From Candidatus Helarchaeota ASGARD archaeon Hel_GB_B (GTDB lineage Archaea > Asgardarchaeota > Lokiarchaeia > Helarchaeales > HEL-GB-B), in contig SUPR01000073.1 in the NCBI GenBank assembly GCA_005191425.1, positions 1 through 18,206 on the forward strand: a stretch of 18,206 bases of DNA. Direction: 5' to 3'. A program made the translations under genes and the position numbers. Under the pieces are notes generated by a model, which worked only from the letters and a program-made list of their open reading frames with translations, searched no databases and was not told the DNA's origin. Positions within the stretch are counted from its first letter, which is position 1; the number at the start of each line of letters is the position of its first letter. Below, in pieces: positions 1 to 8,613 of this stretch.

Positions 1-915
1 CGGTCTGCCCCGTTTATTCCTCCTTTCTCTCTCTTTTACAACACCCGTTTTACCAGTTCCCTTCTTATTCATACCTTTATCTTTTTTAACTGATTTTCTT
101 TTTTCCATTACCGAAACTCGTGTATAAAACATGTTTGTACAATCTAAGATATTGGTGTAGGTAGCTATATCTGTCCTTATTATTTTTGTAGGGGTATGTT
201 GAATTGTAGATATTATAATACGCCCGAATGGCGGTTTGTGTATGTGGCGAATATGAATGATATCACGTCCAAAATCCTGAGCTATTCCTATATACTGACT
301 AAGACCATCAGTTACCAGTATCTCGAATGGACTCGGTAATCGTGCTATAGCTCGATTAATTACCCTCATAATTGTATCCTTTTCCCTATTATCTACAAGT
401 TCAAATGCCAAGACACGCTTCTCTTCGTTTACAACAACTATTAACCAATATTTGGACCTATCGATTTTTATAAAAGTTTCATCGACAAAAAGGACTTTTG
501 CAGGCGTCGGCAGGGCCCAATGTAGTTGTGTTAATGAAGAACTATTTATAGATTCAACTATCTGTAATAAAAGGCGAGATATTGTTGAATTAGAACATTT
601 CAATTCTGCTTTAATTTGATTGACATTATAACGTCCACCTTCGAACAGTTTTACTAAAGTATTCCTAAATTCCTCTTGGAAATCAGTATACCAGCCACAA
701 GTATATGTATAGAACTGTCTTCCACAGTCCAGACAATAGTACCACTGGGGGTTGCCTTTTACAGAATAATCATGCCCATTTTTTTTAATATTACAGGGCA
801 TACAATTACCTGTAGGGTTGGGACAATAAATCGGGATCTTTATCTTGCTAATAGCTCCATTCACTTCAATTGAAATGTTTTGAAAAAATCTACTTTGTTT
901 AGGAATAATTATCAC
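1..915 (-). mobile_element. IS1/IS6-like DDE transposase with N-terminal zinc ribbon and HTH; 3'-partial (runs off the window edge)
   Basis: Manual translation gives 305 open codons from GTG at 915 to base 1. It is absent from the ORF track because it has no stop in the window. Motifs: CPNPTGNCMPC..KKNGH..QWYYCLDCGRQF (Zn ribbon), a helical HTH-like segment, VLFVDETFIKIDRSKYWLIVVV (first catalytic D) and EILVTDGLSQY (second D). Terminal inverted repeats were not identified. Confidence 0.9.
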
Positions 916-1382
916 ATCCTAAATTATATCTACCTAACTAAATCCTTCTATCGTATATAAATGTCTTTTGGTATGGGTAGAAGGAAGAATTCTATTATAA
1001 TTATTGAATTAAATAATGGATACCAGCAGGAATTCCAGCAAGGGTCGATAAATACCTATTTTATTGGTTTAAACCTTAAAGTTGATTTTAAAATACAATT
1101 GTAAAACCAAAAAAGTCTTTTTAAATTGATACTAATAATAAAAAGGACTATAACAAATTTCATTTATATATTTTTGTCGGGCAATGGAATTGAAAAAATC
1201 TCAAAAAAACAATTAAAAGGCTCGACCAGATATTTCAGTCGAATATTGATTGGGTTAAGGGATCGCCCATCCATTAAATTAAACAGGTATTCGGAAAAAT
1301 GAGCAGAATTTAAAAATAACCAAGCATATAAATAGAAACTAATTGAAATTTCGATTAAAATAAAAGCTATAGAAGAGAATAT

Positions 1383-1977
1383 AAGAAAACTACCATAAAT
1401 TTACTATCAGAAACACAGCTTGAAAAATATAAATAATTTGCTGAGAAGAATGGAAAAATTTTTTCTGGTTTAATAGGGAATTTACATGATAAGGCTATAA
1501 ATATGGAACTATCTGGCGAAAACATTGACCTATCATGATTCAAAGAAAAAGTGAAAGTTATGCTAACGGAATTAATGGATAAATGATTAAAATTAATGGA
1601 GGATCAATTGATGGATAAGATTGACTATGCGGTCAACACAGTCCTATATAAACTCATCGGAACGATGAATGGAAACTCGGAGAATATGGAACAACGCATA
1701 ATGGATTTTTTAAATTTCCTAGATAACGGTGGTAATTATAAAAAATATTTAATGCCAGAAATTGCACGATTTTTGGGTACAGCTGAATAAACCACGATGA
1801 AAGCGTTAGATGCTTTGATGGCGAATTATAGCCTGAAAATTTATTATAACGAAATGAAATTTGCTCTCAGATGAGAAAATTAAAATGTATATAAATACCG
1901 ATGATATTACCTATGAAAAATTGATTAAACTCGCTGAAGAAAAGAGAGAAATTAAAGGAAGTAAAACTGAAATCTAA
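1383..1977 (+). pseudogene. Decayed ribbon-helix-helix domain protein gene (~200 codons)
   Basis: One frame reads KKTTINLLSETQLEKYK*FAEKNGKIFSGLI...DLS*FKEK...MDK*LKLMEDQ...GTAE*TTMK, with stops at 1434, 1536, 1584 and 1788. After a +1 shift near 1860 it continues LLSDEKIKMYINTDD...KTEI* (stop 1975-1977). The N-terminus has an RHH strand-helix-helix pattern. It contains track ORF 1596..1790. Confidence 0.6.
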
Positions 1978-2523
1978 TGACGAATTAATAAGATAATGGC
2001 TCATCACCTATAGATCTAAGGCAACTAAGAAGACTTATAGAAACTAGTTAATACACTTCATCAAATTTATTAATAGGAAAAATCTGCAGAATATGAAGAA
2101 CCTTGAGCTGGAAAATTATTACCAATATCTGAATAAATCGGACTATAAAAAGTGCACTAAGGAAGTTAAATATTATTCCATGATAAGTTTCTTTAAATAC
2201 TTTAAACATCTGCAGAATATTGATGAAGAAGATAAATTGGGATTGTATTTTAACCCTAATCTGATATTGGATGTCAAAAGAAATTAGAATAAAGATAAAA
2301 ACAAAAAAAGTTCGATATCTTAGAGCCCGATGGAATTTTTATGGTATTGGATAGGTTAAAAGAATATCACTTCAAAAAATACATCATCCTCTATATATTA
2401 GCGGATACGGGAATGAAACGGATAGGATTGCCCAATCGAATTCTTTACCACATTTTGGACGTTTATTTTGATCGGTTGGGTTATAGATTGATAAACATGA
2501 TTCACATCTTATTTCCGTCTTAA
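1961..2523 (+). pseudogene. XerC/D-like tyrosine recombinase (integrase) pseudogene
   Basis: Reads KLKSNDELIR*WLITYRSKATKKTYRN*LIHFIKFIN...SMISFFKYF (core-binding-like domain) with stops at 1994, 2045 and 2285. A frameshift in the A7 run at 2303-2309 leads to KFDILEPDGIF...YIILYILADTGMK, the box I motif with the catalytic Arg read as Lys (AAA 2416). No box II (HxxR...H/W...Y) follows. Confidence 0.8.
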
Positions 2524-2582
2524 GCTCAACGTTTATTGAACGCATTTGTGCAATTCGATTCGATTTTCTTTATGATCCGGCG

Positions 2583-2879
2583 TTGATTATTATATATAAA
2601 ATACATGAAGTAGTTGCAATAAGCGGTTGTAATACTATTTCAGTCACAGCGTGCCTTTATGGTGTTATAGAATATAGAAAGTCTGCGTTTCCAAAAATCT
2701 TGGCTATAAGTAGTATTATTACAGATCTTCTATTTTGTATCTTCATTTTAGGTTTTATTATTGTTGAATATATTATTATTACTCCACAAAAATTTGTATA
2801 TACTGTTGAATGGTCTGCTTTTTTCTCTTTATTTTTCTGGCTAATAGCTCATGGTATATATTTCATAAAACAAAGATGA
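2583..2879 (+). CDS. Hypothetical membrane protein, probably a fragment
   Basis: Track ORF with a TTG start and 2-3 hydrophobic segments. The frame is open upstream to 2487 with no other start, and it sits among relics. Confidence 0.35.
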   Translation: MIIIYKIHEVVAISGCNTISVTACLYGVIEYRKSAFPKILAISSIITDLLFCIFILGFIIVEYIIITPQKFVYTVEWSAFFSLFFWLIAHGIYFIKQR

Positions 2880-2915
2880 TTAGAAGATTCTAAACAAACA
2901 ATATAAGGAAGATAG

Positions 2916-3197
2916 AGTAGCAATACAAAATTAACCACAGTTGATAATACCTACACTCTTAGATCTATATACATTTACATTACTATATTACCCACCGGTT
3001 CTTACCATATTAATTATTTCGAGGCAGGAGACTCGATGGATATAACACGATCACCCGCTACTGGAGCTGATTTGAAACCTTACGTAGAATCAGCACCAAT
3101 CCCTGGTTTTACATGGATTTATGAATTACTTAGTATCTTCTTTGTATTTGGTTTAATATTAGCCATAAATCAAAAGAAATAGCTGACTAAAATTTAA
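2916..3197 (+). pseudogene. C-terminal remnant of a cell-surface protein with an IPGF (PGF/Loki-CTERM-like) sorting tail
   Basis: Open frame 2916-3182 reads VDNTYTLRSIYIYITILPTGSYHINYFEAGDSMDITRSPATG...APIPGFTWIYELLSIFFVFGLILAINQKK*. This is IPGF + TM helix + basic residues. The N-terminal part and signal peptide are missing. Confidence 0.65.
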
Positions 3198-3250
3198 TCT
3201 AACCCTTTTTTTGTTCAAACTTTTATTGATCTTTTTTGGAAAATAATATT

Positions 3251-3727
3251 TCATCGTATTTTCAATATATCCCTCTTCTTTTTTTCTGTTATATTTTTTC
3301 TCTTCCGTAAATTATTTACCAAATGATATAACTCCCTTGATTTTATTTTATCTTTTTGAAAGAAAATTCGGAATAAATCTATTAATTGAATGGCTCGAAA
3401 ATTATTAATCCTAGCGTATTCTAGTAATGCTCCATCTTCGCTTACTATAATATGGTTTTTACTTTTTCTTCCAAAACTAAGTATACTCGCATCTGCTTCG
3501 TCAAAATTTAATCTTAAAGATTTGTTATAAATTTGTCTATTTTCAATAGGATTAATTTTTGTCTTTTCTTTTATTATGGATTTACATTTATAATATTCCA
3601 ATTCTTTTAAAACTTGATGTGTTACTGCAATCTCAGCCCAATCATATATTTTAGATGGTTCAAATAAATTATCCTCCTTTAACACCTCCAATTTAAGCCA
3701 TGTGCATGTATCTATCAATAAGATCAT
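3251..3727 (-). CDS. PIN-domain ribonuclease (VapC/DUF3368-like toxin)
   Basis: Acidic PIN residues in LLIDT, KEL, EAD and SED, plus a helical C-terminal extension. The start is placed at the MILLIDT ATG (3727) because PIN folds begin at this strand. The track uses the upstream ATG at 3766. Confidence 0.85.
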   Translation of the reverse strand: MILLIDTCTWLKLEVLKEDNLFEPSKIYDWAEIAVTHQVLKELEYYKCKSIIKEKTKINPIENRQIYNKSLRLNFDEADASILSFGRKSKNHIIVSEDGALLEYARINNFRAIQLIDLFRIFFQKDKIKSRELYHLVNNLRKRKNITEKKKRDILKIR

Positions 3728-3750
3728 ATTGCTAGATAATATATCAATAT

Positions 3751-3760
3751 TTTTATATAT
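3751..3760. promoter_or_regulatory. Candidate shared bidirectional TATA element (TTTTATATAT)
   Basis: It lies about 24-33 nt upstream of the PIN ATG at 3727 (minus strand) and 34-43 nt upstream of the antitoxin TTG at 3794 (plus strand). The AT-rich context weakens the call. Confidence 0.35.
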
Positions 3761-3793
3761 TTCCATCTACTTTTTCTATCATAGGTAATAAAA

Positions 3794-4123
3794 TTGACTC
3801 AGATTAATATTAGATTAAAGGATGAAATTTATGAAGTTATCGAGTTCTTAGCGCAAAAAAAGAAAGTATCAAAATCCGAAATCGCTCGTGAATTATTAAT
3901 GAAGAGTTTAAATGATATATTATTACCTATTTTAATAAATGACTATCAAAAAGGGGAAATCTCCATTAAAAAAATCATCAAATTCACTGATTTGCCCCCT
4001 ATTGAGGTTATGAGAAAAATTTCTAATTCTATTGATGATCCTCCAATTTCTGCTGAGGTCGATAATTATACCTCTAAAGTAGCTGACGAGATATTAAAAC
4101 AATGGAAAAATGAAGATTTTTAG
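3794..4123 (+). CDS. RHH + UPF0175-like antitoxin
   Basis: N-terminal RHH (TQINIRLKDEIYEVIEFLAQKKKVSKSEIARELL) followed by YQKGEISIKK, the UPF0175-like Y..G.IS..K signature. TTG start with AGGT upstream. Confidence 0.8.
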   Translation: MTQINIRLKDEIYEVIEFLAQKKKVSKSEIARELLMKSLNDILLPILINDYQKGEISIKKIIKFTDLPPIEVMRKISNSIDDPPISAEVDNYTSKVADEILKQWKNEDF

Positions 4124-4385
4124 GGGGCTAAACAGTATTAAATTCTAAAGCTAGGATATTTATTAATATTGATTCATAGTAAAAAATTATAGATATAAGT
4201 TAATATCTTTATTTTTCCTCTTTTTATATTATTATTACTTGAATTGTTTCCAAACATGATAACTTATTTTTATTTTTGAAGGAGAACTTAATAATTCTTC
4301 CAGAGAGTGAACTCTCCTTATTATTAATTGATTTTTATGCATATAGACTTTTTACAAAATCTTATGCTTTAAAAATAAAACATCT

Positions 4386-4559
4386 TTAATTTTTATTTTT
4401 TTCTACTATTTTTCCGCCGCAATTCTCTATTACTTTTAATACAAGTCCCATCGACCTTCCTAACATCTTTTTTCCTATTTCCATTTCTTTTATTACTCCT
4501 TTCACCAAACTTGGAGATTCTCTAATAGTATAATAAAAATTCAAGACCTTTTTCCACAT
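4386..4559 (-). CDS. Possible 57-aa hypothetical small protein or gene relic
   Basis: MWKKVLNFYYTIRESPSLVKGVIKEMEIGKKMLGRSMGLVLKVIENCGGKIVEKNKN*. The frame stays open about 50 further codons upstream in very AT-rich DNA. It is below the track length cutoff. Confidence 0.3.
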   Translation of the reverse strand: MWKKVLNFYYTIRESPSLVKGVIKEMEIGKKMLGRSMGLVLKVIENCGGKIVEKNKN

Positions 4560-4812
4560 CTCCTTACTTCTTTTTACTTTAAAATTTATCTTTCTCCAAT
4601 ATGGTATTAAATTTTTTATTTTTCGAAAAATGGGATTTAAACCTACTAAAAAGTTAATAATTAAATTTCGATTAAGATCAGAAATTATCGCTTTTTTAAA
4701 ATTGAATAGGTACCGTTTAAATTAGTATTATAAAAAAGTATTCAAAAAAAATAATAAAGGAAATTTTAGAAGATAAGAAAAACTATTTTTTAGAAATATA
4801 GTCAGTATTTAA

Positions 4813-6816
4813 TTATTTTCCCCAGATTTCTCTAATTTTTTGTCTGAGGACTTTACCTACCGGAGATAATGGTAGCATATCTACAAAAACAATAGACCTT
4901 GGTTTCTTATAACCTGCAATTTTTCCTTCTACGAATTTGAGTATCTCATTTTCGGTAACATTAGCTCCTTTTTTAGGGACAATTACAGCACGAATTAATT
5001 CACCCCATTCTTCATCAAGAACCCCAATAACTACAGCTTGGTCGATTTTAGGGTGTTCTAACAGAACTTCTTCTACTTCGACAGGATAAACTTTCTCGCC
5101 ACCAGTATTAATACACTCCTTTTTTCTTTCAACTATAAATACTTCACCGTCCTTAATAAACCCTAAATCACCGCTATGTAGAAAACCATCTTCATCGATA
5201 GCTTCTTTAGTCTTTTTTTCATCTTTATAATAGCCTTGCATTACAGCAGCACTTTTATAGCAGAGTTCACCGATAATCCCTTCGGGTACTTCATTATTAT
5301 TTTCATCAATAACCTTTATTTCAGTACCAACAAGTGGGACGCCAACACTTTTATCCTTAACTTTATTTATTTCTCCATCTACTTTCATTGTAGCAACAGG
5401 AGACATTTCAGATTGACCAAATGCATCAACAACAACGGCATTTTTAAAATGTTGTAATAACTTCTTTTTATATTTAGCACGTAAAATTGCAGCACCAGTT
5501 AGACAGATATTTATACTGGAAAGGTCGAATTTTTTAACGTTGCTCTCTAAATAATCAATTACTCGTTTCCACATTGTCGGGACTAAAAAAATTTGTTTTA
5601 ATTTTTCTCTCTCGATTAATTCCAAGATTTCTTCGGGGTTAAACCGTTTACCCTTAGGAAATACAACAATAGCCCCTTGAAAAATCCACGAAATAAGAAA
5701 TACAGCGTACGATGCAAGATGAAAAAGCGGAGGAACCATAATAGTTTTTTGAATTTCCTCTTCTTCCTGTTTTGACTTAATAGAATCTTTAAGCGCCTTA
5801 ACTACTTCTTTTTCACCTTCAATCTTTATCCTGCCTTTAAGCATTAATTTTAATAGTTTAAAAGTGTATAGAATTTTACCCCATCTACTGTAAGTTAGGG
5901 GTTTTAGATTTGCGAGGTCTCTAGCCTGGTCTGCAATTGCAAGATAAACCCGTCCATGGTATTTTCCTTCAGGTGGTTTTCCGACAAAAGCTTTAATTTT
6001 ATTTTCACGGACTGCATAGGTCATTGCAGGTATAGATGGTCCGATTTTAGCTGGTTGCTCAATTACAATGACTCTATCGTGAAACTGAGGATATTTTTCA
6101 AAAAAGACCTCAGGAATCCCGGTAAGGGTCGTAGTCTGTGATTCGAGGATTCTACGTTGAAATTCATTTTTTGCATAGACGGGTAGGTCTAATTCTTCGA
6201 CTGGAGGTAAGATGCCAGCTAAAAATGAAATTGCAGCTTCTTCATTACTTAAAATATTATCATAACTTAACATTACACCTTTTGGACGGCCAGTAGTCCC
6301 ACCCGTATAAATTATTACAGCAGTATCGTGAACGCCTATATTTATTTTAATTAATTTATCCCTTGATCTATTTATTAACTCCTCATAATTAAGCATTCCT
6401 TCAGGTGTATTGCTACCATAATGTATTAGATATTTAACTTTCGGGATTTTGGTAATTATTTCTTGCACCATAGGAAGGACATCATCATGAAAAATGAATA
6501 TTTTTGAATCTGAATTATTTAATAAGAATTCCATTTCCGATGAAATATATCTGAAATTCATTGGGACAGGTATTGCACCTAATTCTTGAACTGCAATATT
6601 TGTTTCTATGAATTGAGGTGAATTATAAAATAAAAATGAAACTTTATCTCCCCGTTTTATCCCAAGATTTTTAAGGCCATTCGCCAATTTATTAATTCTT
6701 ATCATTAATTGCTTCCAAGTAATATATTCATCCCCATAAATTATCGCAACTCTATCTTTAGGGTAATATTTTGATTTAATGACAATTGATTCCAAAAATT
6801 TTCCTAGTTTTACCAA
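4813..6816 (-). CDS. Acyl-CoA synthetase (AMP-forming, FadD-like ANL family) with a large internal insertion
   Basis: P-loop YTGGTTGRPKG, PPLFH, FGQSE, LHSGDLG, ERKKECINTGGEKVYPVEVE and C-terminal PLSPVGKVLR. It is 667 aa long. TTG start. Confidence 0.95.
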   Translation of the reverse strand: MVKLGKFLESIVIKSKYYPKDRVAIIYGDEYITWKQLMIRINKLANGLKNLGIKRGDKVSFLFYNSPQFIETNIAVQELGAIPVPMNFRYISSEMEFLLNNSDSKIFIFHDDVLPMVQEIITKIPKVKYLIHYGSNTPEGMLNYEELINRSRDKLIKINIGVHDTAVIIYTGGTTGRPKGVMLSYDNILSNEEAAISFLAGILPPVEELDLPVYAKNEFQRRILESQTTTLTGIPEVFFEKYPQFHDRVIVIEQPAKIGPSIPAMTYAVRENKIKAFVGKPPEGKYHGRVYLAIADQARDLANLKPLTYSRWGKILYTFKLLKLMLKGRIKIEGEKEVVKALKDSIKSKQEEEEIQKTIMVPPLFHLASYAVFLISWIFQGAIVVFPKGKRFNPEEILELIEREKLKQIFLVPTMWKRVIDYLESNVKKFDLSSINICLTGAAILRAKYKKKLLQHFKNAVVVDAFGQSEMSPVATMKVDGEINKVKDKSVGVPLVGTEIKVIDENNNEVPEGIIGELCYKSAAVMQGYYKDEKKTKEAIDEDGFLHSGDLGFIKDGEVFIVERKKECINTGGEKVYPVEVEEVLLEHPKIDQAVVIGVLDEEWGELIRAVIVPKKGANVTENEILKFVEGKIAGYKKPRSIVFVDMLPLSPVGKVLRQKIREIWGK

Positions 6817-7162
6817 TTTATTTACTCTATATAGATTTTTTTAAATTAAAATTTTCTATTTTTTTAAAAATCTCAAAAAAAATACTTATTTTTTTAATAA
6901 ATTTTGATTTTTTGATTTTTTTAATCAACGAATATATAATTATAATTTATCTATAGAAATATTTATATAAATTTTAGAAAAAAATGAGTTCCTTTAATAC
7001 AGTTGGGAATTCGGTATGAGGTAATTTTATAAGATATAGAAACAAATATTATTATGTTAATTCAAAAAAATGAGCCAAAATGAGAATTAATATTATTATT
7101 AATATTCGTTAATATTTAATTATAAAATTTATATTAATCTGGTCAATTTTAAAAGAAACGGT

Positions 7163-8077
7163 ATGAATTTTATGAAAATTAATATTGCATGTTTACAAAT
7201 GGCTTCTAAACCTTATGATTGGGACTACAATATAAATAAGACCACTTCAATGATTCGAGAAGCAGCTGAAAATGGCGCAGAAATTTGTTTACTTCCTGAG
7301 ATTTTTATTCCAGGATATTCTTTAAGCTATAAAAATTTTGAACACGCCGAATCTATGGACGGAAAAACTATTAATAAAATCCTCGACCTTGCAAAAGAAT
7401 TGAATATTTATATTTCTGGGTCAATAATAGAAAAATTAAACGAAGATTTTTATAATACCATGTTTTTATTAGGGCCTCAAGGAATACTAGGTACCTACCA
7501 TAAAAAATATGTTTTTGGTTTCGAACAGAAATATTGGAAACGCGGCAACGAATCTACTTTTATAAATTCTAAATTCGGAACAATTGGACTTGGAATATGT
7601 GCGGATATGCACTACTCAGACTTATGGAAACAATATAGTGAAAAGACTAACCTAATATTGATTTGTTCCGCTTGGGTCGATACAAGTCATATAAAAATAT
7701 CTTATGCAAAACATGAGTTTGAACTCTGTAAAACACTTCCAGTTAAAATTTCAAAAGTACTTCAAGTCCCAACTGCTTATTGTAATGCCGCACATGAATG
7801 TACCGGTTTCTATTCGTTCATGGGTACCACAAAGTGCGGCGGATTCTCAAAAATCATTCAAAATGGAGAAATAATTGCAAGTCTCGATTCGGGAGAAGAA
7901 GGAATCATCCATGGAAAAGTAGATATCTCCAAAAATTTCCCAGTAGTTGACCCTTCAGAATTTGATAACTGGATAAAATACTCACTTAAAGAAATAATTC
8001 CGAAATTTGTTGTGGAAGATATAGCAGGATTCCTTGGTAGGATCTCCTACCGAAAATATAAAAAGAAATATCTATAA
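7163..8077 (+). CDS. Carbon-nitrogen hydrolase (nitrilase superfamily amidase)
   Basis: Catalytic Glu (LLPEIF), Lys (YHKK) and Cys (GICADMHY) are present. The N-terminus IACLQM is typical. It has a basic C-terminal extension. Confidence 0.93.
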   Translation: MNFMKINIACLQMASKPYDWDYNINKTTSMIREAAENGAEICLLPEIFIPGYSLSYKNFEHAESMDGKTINKILDLAKELNIYISGSIIEKLNEDFYNTMFLLGPQGILGTYHKKYVFGFEQKYWKRGNESTFINSKFGTIGLGICADMHYSDLWKQYSEKTNLILICSAWVDTSHIKISYAKHEFELCKTLPVKISKVLQVPTAYCNAAHECTGFYSFMGTTKCGGFSKIIQNGEIIASLDSGEEGIIHGKVDISKNFPVVDPSEFDNWIKYSLKEIIPKFVVEDIAGFLGRISYRKYKKKYL

Positions 8078-8154
8078 ACAAACTACTTTAAAACATAGTA
8101 CCTAATTTTTTGTTTAAATAAAAATAAAAAAATAAGTATATTAGTTAAATAATT

Positions 8155-8598
8155 CTAATAATCGATCCATATTTCTAATTTGTTCATTACTGTTGAATTG
8201 TAAATACTAGATAATAATCCAAATGCATAGACTAATATATATCCTAATATATTCAAGCCATAAATCAATGAAAACGATAGATTATAGGGAGGGGCATCCG
8301 CCAATAAATACAATAATTGAGATCCAGCTATTAATATTGAGGACAACACAATAATTAACGTAAAACTCCAGTTTATAAGTTTGACCCATTTATGTACATC
8401 TATTATAGTCAATGCTTCAAATTTAAAGTTCATAAATATTAAGACAGCATTTACCCCAATTGTACATAAAAATATTATTGCACTTGTCTGGCTTATAAGT
8501 GGTACTCCAATAAGAGATATAAGGTAGACTATTAATGCAACTCCATTTATACCTAATGCTCCAAATGTGATATATCTAAACCAATCTCTAAATTTCAT
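8155..8598 (-). CDS. 147-aa hypothetical membrane protein (~4 TM helices)
   Basis: The start is re-assigned from track 8823 to ATG 8598 (MKFRDWFRY). GAGGTGA lies 8 nt upstream, and the longer version would overlap the esterase by 211 nt. Four hydrophobic segments. Confidence 0.75.
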   Translation of the reverse strand: MKFRDWFRYITFGALGINGVALIVYLISLIGVPLISQTSAIIFLCTIGVNAVLIFMNFKFEALTIIDVHKWVKLINWSFTLIIVLSSILIAGSQLLYLLADAPPYNLSFSLIYGLNILGYILVYAFGLLSSIYNSTVMNKLEIWIDY

Positions 8599-8606
8599 TT
8601 TTTTTA

Positions 8607-8613
8607 TCACCTC
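8607..8613 (-). promoter_or_regulatory. Shine-Dalgarno GAGGTGA overlapping the esterase stop codon
   Basis: The minus strand reads TAG-AGGTGA-TAAAAAAA-ATG. Confidence 0.65.

Noticed and set aside
676-873. Track ORF of 65 aa on the plus strand
   Set aside because: Antisense shadow of the transposase.
961-1104. 47-aa ORF MSFGMGRRK...
   Set aside because: Short, with no motif and no ribosome-binding evidence.
1218-1275. Relatively GC-rich patch considered as a tRNA fragment or IS end
   Set aside because: No cloverleaf or T-loop consensus, and no partner repeat in the window.
4279-4319. Alternative hairpins (AAGGAGA/TCTCCTT and GAGAG-TGAA-CTCTC)
   Set aside because: The stems are only 5-7 bp, which is insufficient to call an RNA switch or terminator.
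5236-6141. Track ORFs 5236..5457 and 5956..6141
   Set aside because: Antisense shadows inside the acyl-CoA synthetase.
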